Below, in pieces: positions 25,895 to 41,874 of a DNA stretch of 64,000 nt (position 1 is its first letter; each line of letters starts with the position of its first letter). Source of the stretch: the human T2T-CHM13v2.0 reference genome, Homo sapiens. The stretch lies in assembly GCF_009914755.1 (NCBI RefSeq), contig NC_060926.1, one strand, 5' to 3'. The notes beneath the pieces were generated by a model that did not search any database, was not told where the DNA came from, and worked only from the letters and a program-made list of their open reading frames with translations. The position numbers and the translations under genes are program-made.

Positions 25895-26340
25895 TACATG
25901 CTATTGGTGCTCTATCATAGCCCCTGACTTTACCACTTCAATACCAGCTCAGTTACAACCTCCACACTTGAAATTTTGCTAAAATCTTTCTCTGGTCATA
26001 GAAGCTTGTTTTCCCTATCTATATGGCAATCCGGAAGTGCCCAGGTTTTGCTTCCTCCTGGGAATTATCTTCAGCCAATTATAATGTGAGCTGATGCATT
26101 AATATCTTAGCTCCCTCACCATCCATAGAGATAAGTCTGATTGTGTTCTTCACTGGCTCCTGGAGTTTTCCTAGTGAGTTTAAGCTCTCGTTGTCCAGTG
26201 CTGGTTGGTTCCCTTAATGTTTCCTTCCCCTCCTTATCTCTGCCACCACCCTATCAGTGCTTTCTTCACTTCTCAAATAAACTACTTGCACTCTAATGCC
26301 TGCCTTGGTATCTGCTTCAGAGCAAATTTAAACTGTAACA
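25895..26340 (+). mobile_element. LTR16-like ERVL LTR
   Basis: ccggaagtgc motif and 3' end tcaaataaactacttgcactc...tctgcttc...aaactgtaaca. Confidence 0.7.
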
Positions 26341-26775
26341 GTCACCATCCATTCGTCAATTGGTTGACGTGGTGTGCAAAGCCAGATTTGCTTGATGCCA
26401 ACAATATGTTTATTCCACTATGTGATGTAGCCTTAAATAAAAGGCATATAAGGCAGAAACCCCATTTCGTAGAGCTTCTAATTTTATATAGACAATACAT
26501 TAGTGCAGGAAGGTTGAAGGAGTAATAAAAAGAGCTGAATCAAAGTAAAATGCTAGCTGAAAGACTAATTAGAACAGCCTTAGTCATAAGCTGGTAAGTG
26601 TATAGAGACATACATGGGTGGGGAGTCTCCTTCTACCGACAGACATGTTAGATCTTAGAATATAGTGTATAAACAAGTGCTGTGTATTTACCATGTGCCA
26701 GGCAATGAGCTAAAAAGAGCTTTACCTTCATTATTACATTTAATGTTCACAAAAAAAGTATGTGGTAGAATCTAT

Positions 26776-27250
26776 TGTGGTGTATTAAACCACCTCATAA
26801 TTTAGTAGCTTAAACCAGTATCCATTTTATAATATCTCACCATTTTGTGGGTTAGAAAGTTAGGCGGATCCTACTAGAGTTCTTCAGCTACTTGTGACAT
26901 TGACTAAGTCTCAGTTGCTAGGTGATATATGGCTAGTGGCTGGGATAGTCTGGAGGATCTAAATGAATTTGCTCACATGCTGGGTGCCTTGATGGGGATA
27001 TCTGGGGGCTGAGCTCAGTTGGCCTTTCTTGCTCCATTTAGTCTGAGGACCTCTCCACAGTCTCTCTAGTAGGCAGAAAGTACCAGCCCTCTTGAAAGCT
27101 AGTCTCAGAACTGGCAGGGAATAATTTTCAATGTGTTCTAGTGGAGAAAGCAGTCACAAATCAGCTCAGATTCAAGAGGAAGGGAAATAGACCCCATCGC
27201 TCAGTGAAGGGCGTGATGACGATGATGATTACTGTCCTTTTTGATCTACA
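26776..27250 (-). mobile_element. MLT1 LTR inserted into a MIR
   Basis: aaaccacc...ttagtagcttaaac...tctcaccattttgtgggttaga; MIR halves on either side. Confidence 0.65.
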
Positions 27251-27559
27251 ATATGCAGGCACTATATTCATCCCCATTTTATAAATAAGAAAATTGAGCC
27301 CAAAAGATATCATGTAATCTGTCCAAGGATACAATGTTAATGTTGAACCCTGGAAGTCTGATTCCTTGGTGATAAAAACCTGTTCTAAAGGGGAAACTGT
27401 GTACATATTTAATTGAAGGCAGGTGTAGAGAAGAAGAAAGTTTATTTGTTAGAAGAGAGTTGAGGCAGGGACTGCCTATCCAGCATTCAATATTCACTAT
27501 CTTTTTCTTAATTAAATACAGTGGTGTTTATGGTTTGTTGTTTTTGTTTTTGAGGAAGT

Positions 27560-27965
27560 AATATTCCCAATTAGAAACAGTACATTTCCTAGCCTCCATT
27601 GAGTTAATAATGGCCATGTGACATTGTCCTGGACCATGTACCAAAAGCAGAAGTCACAAGAGTTTTCCAATTGGCCCGGCTTCACAATTATGGGCCCTTC
27701 ACCGTCCCTGCTTTCTTCTCCCTGGAACATAGGGGTGATGGCTAGAGCTTTTAAAGTCATTAAGGCTATCTAAGGCTACAGTCTATGGAGAGGGAAGTAT
27801 AAGTCTAGAAAGAATTCTGGGCCTCTGATGATCTAGAAGCAAGATACCAACCTTGGACTGCCTAATATCAGACTTCTCATTAACCTCAAATGAAATAAAC
27901 TCTGATTTTCTTTGAGCCACTGTTTTCTTCTTGATATATGCAGTCAAATGTAAATTTAACTTATG
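27560..27965 (+). mobile_element. MLT1J/K-like LTR
   Basis: atttcctagcctcc...ggccatgtgac...tgagccactg...tgcagtcaaatg. Confidence 0.6.
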
Positions 27966-30289
27966 AGGATGATTTATGTTTTTGTACTTTCTGGAATCAG
28001 ATGGAGAAACTGGGAAGGAAATGCTACAATTATAGCAAAATCAACAGCTGTACTAGAAGAACAATGATATAAATTTCCAAGAACTGATGACTCTGTGAGC
28101 TGGACAATCCCTTAGGGGTTCCTTGCCCTACAGAAAAGTCAGTGGATGAATTTATGTTTGCTCACATCTGGGTCACTGAAACCAGTTTGAGCTCCATTAT
28201 ACTGGCAGCCACCTCATCATGTAGCAAAGAAAAAAATTCAAGAGACAAAACAAGAAAGTATAACATGAGTTCTGAAGCAAGAGCTCTAGATAAAGAATTC
28301 TGTAGGAGGCAGAGAAGGGACCGTTCTCTTTAAACTGAGCTGGGCGGGAGGTTTTCTGCAGGTGGAGGCTTCTGGACTGGGCCAAGCCCTACAGGTGAGT
28401 GCTATACTGTAATTGTGGCATGCTTGCTTGAAGAGCTAAGCAGGCAACCTTTATGCAGACACAATATCCAATGTTTTGTTCTCAGTTCGACCTCAATTAG
28501 TATTTACCGAATTGAATTTGTGGTGTGATTTGAAGCGGGCTGCAAAACACACTAGTTCCAAAATGCCTCCTATACAGAAATCCCAGAAATATGTTTTTTC
28601 TTTGCATGAAGGCGTTGAAGACTTTTAAAATATAAATATGCTGTCTTGAAGAAGAGCACAGTAAGCGATCATCACGCATTATTACCTTATTAGGTTGCCA
28701 GTCAGTTAACAACTTGTTTCATTAGGAAGGAAGGGTGTTTGACTCTCTGGGATGGGCAAAGTTTGCTGAAGAAGGTTAATAAGTTCGGGGGGAAAATGAT
28801 TGCTAAATTATGAAAAACGTGTATAGAATATAATTTAAAGATTCATTCACTGGGAGCATTAACAATTACAAAAGGAAGCCAGTGTACCATCCTACAGGCT
28901 GGGACTGGGTTCACAGAGGCTGGGTTCAAATCTCAGCTCTGCCACTTTCTGGCTGCTATTTTGGGCACCTTATTTAATGTCTTTTGTTTCCATTTCTTTG
29001 CTTTAAAATGGGCAGAGTAACACAGAAGATGGTCCAGTGTCATCAGGCCCTTAAAGCAGAATTTAGTGCACATTAGAGATCGATTTGTGAGAAATATTAT
29101 GCAAACAGTCTTCATTTTACTCAGTACAGCAGGATGGTAAAACTGACCACACAAGCTGAAACTGGGTAAAGCGATCTTAATAAGAACTATGGTAGTTCCA
29201 TGACCTTTAAAATTTGTCATCAAAGCAGTGTGTTGTCTTTCCATGTCTTAATGCTACTGTATGCCATTTCTCTGCATGATGGTGTACTTAACCTGGTGGA
29301 AGCTCCATAATTAGTGTCTCCTAGTATTATTATGGAGCAATAACTACAAAGGGCATCCTGAGTGGAATGTAATATTGCCTTGTAGTATGAGATAACCTGC
29401 TACAGGTTAGAATCAGAATGCAGGAGACTTGGCACTAAAAAACACAGAAAGGCAAGTAGCACTGGATACTGTATATAATGGTCACCTGTGGGACCATTCT
29501 TTTTTTAGGCTGGACTCCAGTCCCAGAGAATAGTTCCACTTTTCCAAATTGATAACAGCCAAATTTAGGTCATTCAACTTAGGCTCTCTGGATCTTTATA
29601 GAGGCCAGTATACGACTCATCAGAAATAACTGACTTTTAAATTGTAAAAAGTGTATTTCATAAAAATGTATATGATAAAATTACATATATATATTAGACA
29701 TCAGAATATGTATAGCAGTTAGATATAACTCATCAAAAATGACCACATTTTAAACACATACATCATATGTGTTTTATTACATATGTGTTAAAAAATCTCA
29801 CTTGGCTTTCAAAGATGGGCTTACATGTGTGTAACTGACTGTTGGTTGCCTACCCAGCATCCATTTTGACTCCCTTTCCTTTACCAAGAGTGCTGTTACT
29901 TGTTTTAGAAAGACTTTTAACAAATAAAATTTGCAATATGCTTACATCTGTAATAAAAAGTAGATAATATTAAGTCACTGAAGATGCCCAGTATGGCTTT
30001 TACATTTTTTTGGTGTTCTTAACTTCACAACTTATAATTCTTCATTGGAGTAGGATATATTTCTATGATTAATTTTAAGCTTTGCTAAAAAACCTCTCTT
30101 GGAATATGCAGTACCCTTGTCTTGCTCATTTCCTTTAATAAAGTAAACAACATAGCTGTAAACCAGTACACATGAGTCATTTATTCTGACTCCACATCAA
30201 GTAAATAATGAACAACCTAGGAGGAATTATTTTTGTTTCTTTCAGTCCCAAAGAAATGAGATTTTATATCAACGTGCAAATCCTGCTGT

Positions 30290-30606
30290 TTTTTATTTTC
30301 TTTTTTCTTTTTCTTTTTTTTTTTTAAGACAAAATCTTGCTCTGTCACCGAGGTGGGAATGCAATGGCCTGACGATGGCTCACTGCAGCCTCGACCTCCA
30401 AGTTTCAAGTGATCCTCCCGCCTCAGCCAACTGAGTAGCTGGGACTACAGAAACACACCACCACACCTGCCTAATTTTAAAATTCTTTATAGAGACGAGT
30501 CTTGACATTTTGCCAGGGCTGGTTTTGAACTCCTGGGATCAAGCAATCCTCCTGCCTTGGCTTCCCAAAGTACTGGGATTATAAGAGTGAGCCACAGCAC
30601 CTAGCC
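30290..30606 (-). mobile_element. AluJ
   Basis: Antisense diverged Alu (cactgcagcctcgacctcc). Confidence 0.9.
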
Positions 30607-31098
30607 TTCAAGTCCCAGTCTTAATGCCAACAAAGTGATTTTTATATAAAAATAAGCAGAATTGGCATTAGGAGTATAATACCTAGGAGTTTTAAATTTG
30701 GTTATGTAGCTAAGGTTTTACTGATTCAGCACTCACTGTCTTACATCCATCCAGGGGCCTTTACATAATGCATGTTATCAAGAAACCCAATTAAAAAGTG
30801 AAAAATTAATTTAGCCAGGTAGTTAGTGTTCAGTTGAAATAATGAATTCTCAAATGGTAGAAGGTTTGTTTACTGAATTGACTTGGTTATATTTTTTTTA
30901 CTTCTTGTATCATTAATATCTACCTATCATCTATCTATTTCTTCATCCTTTTATCTGTCAGTATGTGTGCATTTTTATATAAGAAGACTCATGGAAGACC
31001 TGTGAAGTGCCAGACCTTATGCAATGTCGACCCATTTGATCATTCAAAAACATTTATTTCCCAACTTCTGTGTCCAAGGTACTTTGCTAAGAAGTAAC

Positions 31099-31387
31099 AC
31101 CAGGTATGGTGGCTCACATCTGTAATCCCAGCACTTTAGAATTCTAAGGTGGGAGGATTGCTTGAGCCCAGGCTTTTGAGACCAACTTGGCAACATAGTG
31201 AGACCCTTTCTCCACAACAAATTTTAAAAAGTAACCAGGTGTGGTGGCATGTGCCTGTAGTCCCTGACACTGGGTTGGCTGAGGTGGAAGCATTCTTGAA
31301 CCTGGGAGGATGAGGCTGCAGTGAACCATGATCTTACCATTTCACTTCAGCCTGGGTGACAGAGCAAGACCCTGTCTCAAAAAAATA
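31099..31387 (+). mobile_element. AluJ within an antisense L2
   Basis: ggaggattgcttgagcccagg, J-type; flanks are L2-like. Confidence 0.9.
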
Positions 31388-32293
31388 GAGAAATAGGTGG
31401 TTAGTTACAAGCAAAACAGGAACCCTTTCTTCAAGAAACTGATGATCTAGAGTGGTACATAAAGGAAGACTTGATAACCACACACATGGACACACATGCA
31501 ATTATGAAGTTAGTGGAAGAATCAGAAGGGAAATCAACTGTTTTTAGTGATAGAGAATAAGACAGTGGGAGGAGGGAGGGGTGCTCCTTAGGAAGGTGCC
31601 CAAGGAAGTCCTCTGTGAGGAAAGGACTTTCAGTCTGGCACCTGAAAAAAAGGAGCCTGTCATACAATGCTTGGGGGAAGGCCAATGGGCACTGTGAAGA
31701 GTCGGTGCATGGGCCATGCCTTGTAAGGCTTGTGGAGTCACTGTAAACAGAACAGACATCGTGATGTGTGGCAACCGGGCTTGCATTGCCATTCCGGTTC
31801 CATATCAACAGTTCATTTAGTTTTAGGTATCAAAATGCTGAGAATAATGAAGAGGAATATTCCCTGTGCACTCCTGGCAAAGTTGTAAGAAATATTAATG
31901 AAGTTCTAATCAGAACTTGGTTTGCTTCATCAAAGAGAGCGTTCTGGATAACATGTTGTGGATGTAAATGTAAAAGTAAAGAAAATATGTTTATCAAGGT
32001 CAAGAATGAAGAAGTTTGAAATGCATGCACACACACACACACATACATGAATGTCACTGATTAGATGCCATTATTGTTGATATTAAGAGATATTTATTTT
32101 TTCATTCACTAATTTATTTTACTAATATTGGCTTGACACTTACTCTGTATTGGACACTGTGTTCTGGTTGATGTGAATGAAGTCTTGAAAAGGACAGCCT
32201 TTCTTAAAGCAAGAAGGGGAGGACAGACAAAATGGCAAAGCAAAGGCAGCCTAATAGAATTAAGCAAAATGCCTTAGGAATATGGAAGTTCTT

Positions 32294-32591
32294 TTTTTTT
32301 TGGTTTCTTTTGAGACAATTTTGCTCTTGTCACCCAGGCTGGAGTGCAGTGGCCCAATCTCAGCTCACTGAAACCTCTGCCTCCTAGGTTCCAGTGATTC
32401 TCCTCCCTCAGCCTCCCAAGTAGCTGAGATTACAGGTGTGCGCCACCATGTCCCGCTAATTTCTGTATTTTTAGTAGAGACGGGGTTTCACCGTGTTGGC
32501 CAGGCTGGTCTCGAACTCATGACTTCAGGTGATCCACACGCTTCGGCCTCCCAAAATTCTGGGATTACAGGCATAAGCCACCGCACCTGGC
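32294..32591 (-). mobile_element. AluSq/Sx-like element
   Basis: 19-bp TSD ta(g/a)gaatatggaagttctt at 32275-32293 and 32592-32610. Confidence 0.95.
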
Positions 32592-32822
32592 TAAGAATAT
32601 GGAAGTTCTTAACTTGCTTTAACTCCTACCTATCTCTTCAGTGTCATCTTTTGCCTTATTTCAGACAGAGTTAACTTCATTTTTCAGTGTCTTAAACGTG
32701 ACACACTACTTCTCTCTTTACTTTGTAAAGGTTTTGTTTTGTGCCTGAAACATGTAACCATCTTCTATTCATCATTTAAGCCTTTATTTGAATATATTTA
32801 TTCCAAGCAATCTTTTTTAAAT

Positions 32823-33003
32823 CAGTGTTTCTCAAAATGTGTTCCACGAACCATCTATATCATAATTACCTGAAAATGTGTTCTTTAAATTGCAGGTTTT
32901 TGCACACATCCCCAACCACACCCTCTGAATGAGTAGGGAACCATAAATATACATGTTAGTACATTTTCCTGAAAGTTCTTTTGCATTCTCAGTTTGATCA
33001 CTG
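32823..33003. mobile_element. MER5-type hAT MITE
   Basis: cagtgtttctcaaa...agtttgatcactg termini. Confidence 0.65.
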
Positions 33004-33687
33004 TTACCCTAGATTTGTCAGGGGTCTCTTTTATGTTTCCATGGACATAATGATCTCCCTCTACTATAAGATTTATTGCCTGAAATCTTTGCTGGTCTGC
33101 TAAATTAATCCACCAATATGATTGAAAGCTCACAGAGATAGGAGGAATGTGTTTGCTAGTCATTGTAAGTCCACTATCAAACATGGAGCTGTGTCTAGGT
33201 GGCCAATAATTAGATGTATGTTTTGCAGAGCAGGTACAGAAGTTATCCAGGTCATAAAGGGACAGAACAGTCTTCCAGGCAGAGAGAATCATGTCTGAGC
33301 AAGTTAGCTCAGATCATACACAGCAGACAGGTTGGATGTGTAGCTGGGAGACTGGGTGTTAGTGAGTGAATGGCTGTTAAGTCAGGCTAGAGAAATAAAA
33401 TTGTGTTTAGCTTATGAACAATCCATACCTACAGAAAAGTGTCAAGCATAGCATAATAGAAAAAAAAGGGTAGAGGGGGCCTATGGCCATGAAACCTAGG
33501 TTTCAGGCCTGAATTGGCCTTGGACTGATTAATTTACTTTAAACAATTACTTGACCTTATGTGTTTTGTCTTTCCAAACTGGAAGTTGTGTATAATTGTC
33601 TCACTTTCTCACTTTATAAGGAAAAATATTTACATAGGACATACAAATGAGCATACTAAGATAAACATAAAAGCAGTAAGCAAATGC

Positions 33688-33690
<3 letters not shown>

Positions 33691-33733
<43 letters not shown>

Positions 33734-33736
33734 TGT
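33691..33736. repeat. (GT)18+ microsatellite
   Basis: Seen directly. Confidence 0.97.
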
Positions 33737-34639
33737 AACTAAATTTGACAATCCTCTTTCAGGATTGAAAGATTTATTTATTTCTTGGATTTTGGGTCCT
33801 CCTTGTAGTTAAGTTTTCAAACTGTTTGTCCCTTACCTGAAAGCCACAATGAACTCCAGAGGGAAAAATTTTTACTTGTATATACTTCTCATACCTTCCA
33901 TTAACATTGATTCTGCTTAACTATATTTTACCTTGATACAACATTTTACTCTTATAAGCCCCTGTTGTATGGGTCTGTATGGTTTTGTGTTGTTACACTT
34001 CAGAATTCAAGTGTCATAAGTAACTTTTCACACATAGAAAATGTCATGTTACAATCCAGAGCAATGTCTGTTTTTAGCGAATTTCTGATCTTTTCGTGTT
34101 TCTTTCATATAAAAAAACACACATACACACACAAACCTGCCTGCACAAAATTATCCTGGATTCATTCTATCACTCTCTTCCTGTAAAACAATTGCGAATG
34201 TGTAAAGTGTTGTGCATTCTGAGGCTACACTTGACTCTTTGCTACTTTCTCTGGCATCACAGATCTACTAGATTTAATAGAGGAGCATAGCTTTACTTAC
34301 AAGAAATAAAGGTGTTTGCAAAATAATGTAGAAAGTCAAATTTTAAATGCCCAAAAACGTTAGTTTAAAATAAGTTAACTAAGTCATTCAAAATTTGAGT
34401 GCTACATTTGTTCAATTGTGAATCAGTAGTAAATGGAAATGTAGTAGAGTTCCACAGCAAGCATATTAGTATCTACACCATAGTTCTAAATGCAACAGTA
34501 CTTGGGCATGTTGAGGGGCACTGAAGCCAGGCAACAGAGCTTGGAACTGATGAATAGTAGGAGGAGTAAAAGATTTTACTATTACTGCTAACTACCACTC
34601 CCCCCGGCCTCCTCCTCCTAACAGTATGCTTTCATTATG

Positions 34640-34930
34640 GCGATATGTTAGTCAAAGGATGAACATTTAGTTAGACTGGAGAATAAGTTCTGGAGAAAAA
34701 ATTCAAGGGACCTATTGTGCATCATGGTGACTGCAGTTAATATATTATATATTTGAAAATTGCTGACAGTAGATTTTAAGTTTTTTCACACCACACACAA
34801 ATGGTATATAAGGTGATCCGCCATGTCACGTTAAACATCTTGACTTAGCCATTCTACAATGTATGCATATATCAAAACATCATGTTGTGCAATATAAATA
34901 TATACAAAAACCAAACAAATACATAAAACA
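34640..34930 (+). mobile_element. L1MA 3' end
   Basis: gttagactggagaataagttc...catggtgactgcagttaata...gccattctacaatgtatgcatatatcaaaacatcatgttg, A-rich end. Confidence 0.8.
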
Positions 34931-36954
34931 CCAAAGCTGCATTAATGGTTATTGAGCTATAAATTTGATTTATATTATTGTATTTATTTCTGACATAATT
35001 CATGTGGTAGGTACTATTATCCCTATTTTATAGGGGATAACATTGAAGAAACATGGAAACAGATATCATATGGGCAAGTTCATGATTCATCAACTTAGGT
35101 AGACCTAATTTCCAACCTGTACCTATCAGCAGCTCGTGCTGTTTTTACATCACCCTTGGAGGACATGGGGCTAAAATCAAAAGAGAATCAAGAACCTTAT
35201 TTTGATGATATTTAAAATGTATTGAGTGACAGAAACTAAGTCAATTTCAAATAAGACATTTGGATATGCTGTTGTTTTTTCTTTCCAAGATGCCTTTGGT
35301 TTCTTAAGGCAGTGACAAGACTTTTGAACATTGTAATTCTTTTTTTGGATAAGATTTTTATGTTAGTAGAAAATCTTGGGAAAAATGAAACAGGGAACAC
35401 TGGTATTTTTCAGTGGTGTCGCCTTTGCTTGCATTCCCATTTTGTCAGCTTTTGAGGAGCCATATTCACTATTAAGTTTGTCTTCAACATCCATTCTCTA
35501 ACACAGCACATGAAACAGTCCCCTTATCTAACTCCACATGAATCTAATGTAATTTTAACCTAAAAACAGAAAAATGAATTAGGAAATACATTTGTCTTTA
35601 ATGTAATACAGAGTTCAGTGAATTCTGTGAGGCACTTAACCAAAATAACTTGTGCTTTCCTTAGTTTTTGCAACCCATTTTTTAGATAATTTATGTAAAA
35701 TTATTTTACTCTATACAGGAGATATTTTGGAGGGTTTTTTTTTTGGAGGCTGCATTGCTTAAATACAGTTTGGCATTTAAAATCATAAAGACTTGGGTTT
35801 AAATCTCAACCCTGCTACGTGATCTTCAGTACATCTTTGAACTTCTTCGAGTCCTAGTTACTTCATTTGTAAATTTTGAAGGTTGAGAACACATATCCGG
35901 AAGAACTTTTGAGGGGAATAGAAATAATTCTTCGACAACAATTATTGCAGTTGTATGTAGCTACTCAGTGAGTGGTGAATGTTGAGTATTTTGCAGCTTT
36001 AAAAGTATTGTTTTTATCAAATTATTATAGCATACTACATATCAGTTAATGCTATTATAAGAAACTAAAATCATTTAGAACCTTTCTAACTTTTGTCTTA
36101 TTTTTGTTTTTTTTCCTCTCCATCTATGTAAGAATCTGAGAAATCATGATCTCGAGCATCATGCAGAGCATATTTTCTCCTATCAGGGATTCTTGTTCTT
36201 TGCATTTCTTTTCAGAAACACCTCAAGGTTTCTGTCCTTATAGTACATCTGGAAGAAGCACACTTCCCTAGAGATAGGGCTTTATTTAAAACATCTCTTC
36301 ATTCAAGGTGAGAATGTCATTTGCTGGCATTTCCCCCGACTTATCAATGTGCCTATTCTTACATCTGGAGTATGTCATGACAGTCACTATAGTGATGTCC
36401 TCCAAGGACCTGGACACTATGTAGGCTTCTTTCCCACTGAGTCCTGGGAATGAGAGCTGGCAATGTTGACTTAGATCCTTCAGGCAGAACTACAATGACT
36501 TGCCATTTTCCATGTTCTGAAATCCTACAATGCAAAAACCTCATGATAGTTTATGCTCCTCTTCCCTTGTCTTCTGCCTCTTCCTCTAAATATTTCTGAT
36601 CTTTAACTCTACCACCAATCTGTAGCTAATGCATATTCTGAATTGTATCTGGGTACAGTGAGTTCTGGTGCCACCAGCAAAAAACATCTAGTCCATTAAA
36701 GTTTTTTGTGAGATGCTTTATGTGGGACACAGTCTTTTAATGCTCATCATACCAAACAAACATATGTGATCCTTTCATGAATAAGTAGCAAATATATACC
36801 AATGCTGTAGGAGATTTATTTGAATATTTGGAAGATAGAAGTTTTCTCATACATCTCAGAGTCCTTTTATATTTGAAGAAGTGACACTTCACATTATTAT
36901 TGGATTTTCATTATCATTTTTGGGAAAGTTCTCACAAAATCTCAGACCTGAAGT

Positions 36955-37479
36955 TGTAGACAGAATTATAGAGCACAAAGATGTCTGTGTCCTAATCCTC
37001 AGAACCCAAGAATACATTAGGCCATGTGTCAAAGAGGAAGTAAAGTTGCAAAAGTAATTAATGTTGCTCATCAGCTGTATTTGAAACAGGAAGATAATCC
37101 TGTATTATCAGGATGAATTCAGTGTAATCAAAAAGGTCCTCAAAAGTGAAAGAAGGAGATAGAAGAGAATTATAGGTTGAAGTAAGTATGAAAGAAAGGC
37201 ACAGAGAAATGTAACATTGCTTGCCTTGAAATAGAGAAGGAGTCTACAGAAGCCATGGGATGTGGGTGGCTTCTAGAAGCTAGAAAAGGCAAGGAAATAT
37301 AATATTCCCCAAGAGTGTCAAGAATTAATGCAGCCTTGCTGATACTTGATTTTTAGCCCAATGAGATCGATGGCAGACTTCAAACACACAGAACTGCAAG
37401 ATAGCACACTTGTGTTTTAAGCTCTTTAAAGTCATTTAAGTTTGTGGCAATTTGTCACACCAGCCACATAACAATACAC
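36955..37479 (+). mobile_element. MLT1D-like LTR
   Basis: aaagatgtc...cctaatcctcagaacc...ctagaagctagaaaaggcaaggaaa...gtttgtggcaatttgtcaca. Confidence 0.85.
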
Positions 37480-38629
37480 GATTTGATTTTTTTATGTGAA
37501 AAGACAGAGATGATAAGTTGGCTCAGTTTACATGGGTGTTGATGGAGGAGAGTAAAATTAGAGCAAAACTTAGAAAAGGCATTATTAAAGGAGGTTAATT
37601 TCTCATTTTCCTCCATATCCTTATCATATCTCTTAATGTTGCCAACATAATGCATGCTTATAGATCAGTGGAGGCTCTTTGACCATTTATGAATCAAAAT
37701 AAAATTATAATCTATGCCAGTAGATGAGAGAGTCCCTACTGCCTTTCAGAAAACAAACACATTATCTTAATAAATAACCATCTCGGTACGTGAAGACTAT
37801 TACACCTTAGGAAAAAAGATGGCTCATTATGCATTGCAGTTTTATATAATTGCATCATAGCAGTTTGTTCAATTGACTCTTTTAAGAAAAAGAAATGGAA
37901 TACTGAGTAATCTTACCACCAATCTTGAAGAAAACAAGACATTTGATCTTGCTATGAATCCCAAATTATTGCATGTCCATCTTTTATAAAGTCTCAAAGA
38001 TACTTTAGGAAGTTGAATGCTGTCTGCTGTCATAAAAAACCCATGCACACCAATCAGTTCCATGGACAGAACCAAGCAGGTGGAAATCTTGAATAGAAGG
38101 TCAGTCTACACAGGTGGCTTAAAATAATTTACACAATAAATCTTTGGAAGGACAACATTGACTTCTAATCCCTCTACCTCTTTATTTTTTTTCTCTTGCT
38201 ACATTTTTGAGTGAAGTGTTGTAATGAACATCATAGGGTGCTTGCACTAATCACCAGTATCCAAAGATAAATGATGATGCAGATAATGATACAAATTTTA
38301 TAAAGCACCTAAAATACAGAACAGATTTATTGTCTTTGTTACAGTTCATAAAATACATGAATGAAAATTTAGAAGTTGGGGAAAATTTTTATCTCAAAGC
38401 AGAAATGGCCCTGACAATTTTCTATGAAATGTAGTTGATATATTGATGCTTGCATTGGGAGTGGAGGTGGGGAAAGGAGATAAAGAGAGATAGATAGGGG
38501 AGGGTTTTCTTTACTCAAACAATAACAAGGTAATTTCTGTAATTTTAGATACTACTCAAAGAGGACCCAGCATATAATTTGGAAAAAACAAAAAAAGTAA
38601 AGGACTTCTGATTATCTTTTACATTGCAG

Positions 38630-38848
38630 AGAATCTTGGTTTGGATTCTGAAGTTGCTAAAGCAAATGCCATGGGTTTTGCTGGATGCATGTCTTCCGTC
38701 CAGTACAACCACATAGCACCACTGAAGGCTGCCCTGCGCCATGCCACTGTCGCGCCTGTGACTGTCCATGGGACCTTGACGGAATCCAGCTGTGGCTTCA
38801 TGGTGGACTCAGATGTGAATGCAGTGACCACGGTGCATTCTTCATCAG
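38630..38848 (+). CDS. CNTNAP5: CNTNAP5 coding exon (probably exon 22), end of LamG4 and stalk
   Basis: ttttacattgcag| acceptor, CAG|gtacac donor. 219 nt, (E)[37 protein letters not shown]...ESSCG...HSSS(D). Contains the GFxGC motif that ends LamG domains. Confidence 0.95.
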
Positions 38849-39247
38849 GTACACTCAAGAGCATGCACAAGGGAGCTTCTGTCACTAGCACTACTTTTTG
38901 TGTCTTCAAGAAGCTTCCAGATTAAAGAGTTGGCTAATGTGACTCAGTTTTTACTTTGTATAATAACAGGTGGCTAAAAATTATGACTGATATTTCATGG
39001 GTGATTTTATACATATTTGATGTAGTTTTATTTTTAATATGATGAGTAATTAAAACTAAATGCATAGTTGTGTACTTTGCTTATTATGCACGTATATAAT
39101 GCATTGTGTATGTGTGTGTGTGTGTTTGTATACATAGTCACTACTGTTGAAGTGGATACTGCTCCGAGAATTGAGGTATTTAGAGAACAGGGAGGCAGCA
39201 AGCTGGTACCTGAACTAACATGATAATTCATGTGATTAAAATAAACC

Positions 39248-41192
<1,945 letters not shown>

Positions 41193-41309
41193 CCTTTCTT
41201 AAAAGTAGAAAAAACCCACAGCACCATCATCCATACATTCTCTGCTTCACTACCCTCTAAGTGCCTTTTCTATCTTTTCTTAGTCACTGTCATTTTGGGT
41301 GTCTGAAAA

Positions 41310-41874
41310 TGTATCTGGGATTTTGTCTTAATCAGGTATGATAAGGTGACAGGCATGAGATGATTGCCTTTGAAAGAAAAGTTTATTTCTTACAGTTCTC
41401 AAGAAAAAGAGATACATTCTACCACTCAGAGCCACATGGAGAAGTGCTAGGGTTGGTCAGGAGGGAGAAAGAGAAAGGGGAAAGTGTGGTGGGGTGGCTG
41501 TGTTGCAGCTTCCATGGGAAGGAATGGGGTGAACCAGGTAGGCAAGCTTGAGCCAGTTAGAATTGGATAGTTTGAATAATGTGGGCAGGATCTGCGCTAC
41601 AGGGGTGGTCTCTAGTTATCTAATACCTAATACTTGGCCTTGAGTGATTTAAGGCAAGAGAAATACTGGGTTGTGAATGTGAGTTAGATAAATGGATTAG
41701 TGTGGGAGATGGGCTCTGGATTGATTGGTTTGTGTATAAAATGCATGCTTGCAGGCCTATTGTTTGCTATCTCTAGGAATCAGCTAGCCCTGAGAGGGGC
41801 AGTGTCTCCCTGGCCAGCAAGATCCTCAAGATGTCAAAGCATCATAAATACTGATTAAAAAAATGACTAATACA
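41310..41874 (-). mobile_element. MER68-like LTR
   Basis: Ends ccagcaagatcctcaagatgtcaaagcatcataaa...taataca, the reverse complement of the MER68-family 5' end; ~565 bp. Confidence 0.7.

Noticed and set aside
38619-38909. Antisense 96-aa ORF and other frames over the 219-nt exon
   Set aside because: Shadow ORFs of real coding sequence; no independent support.
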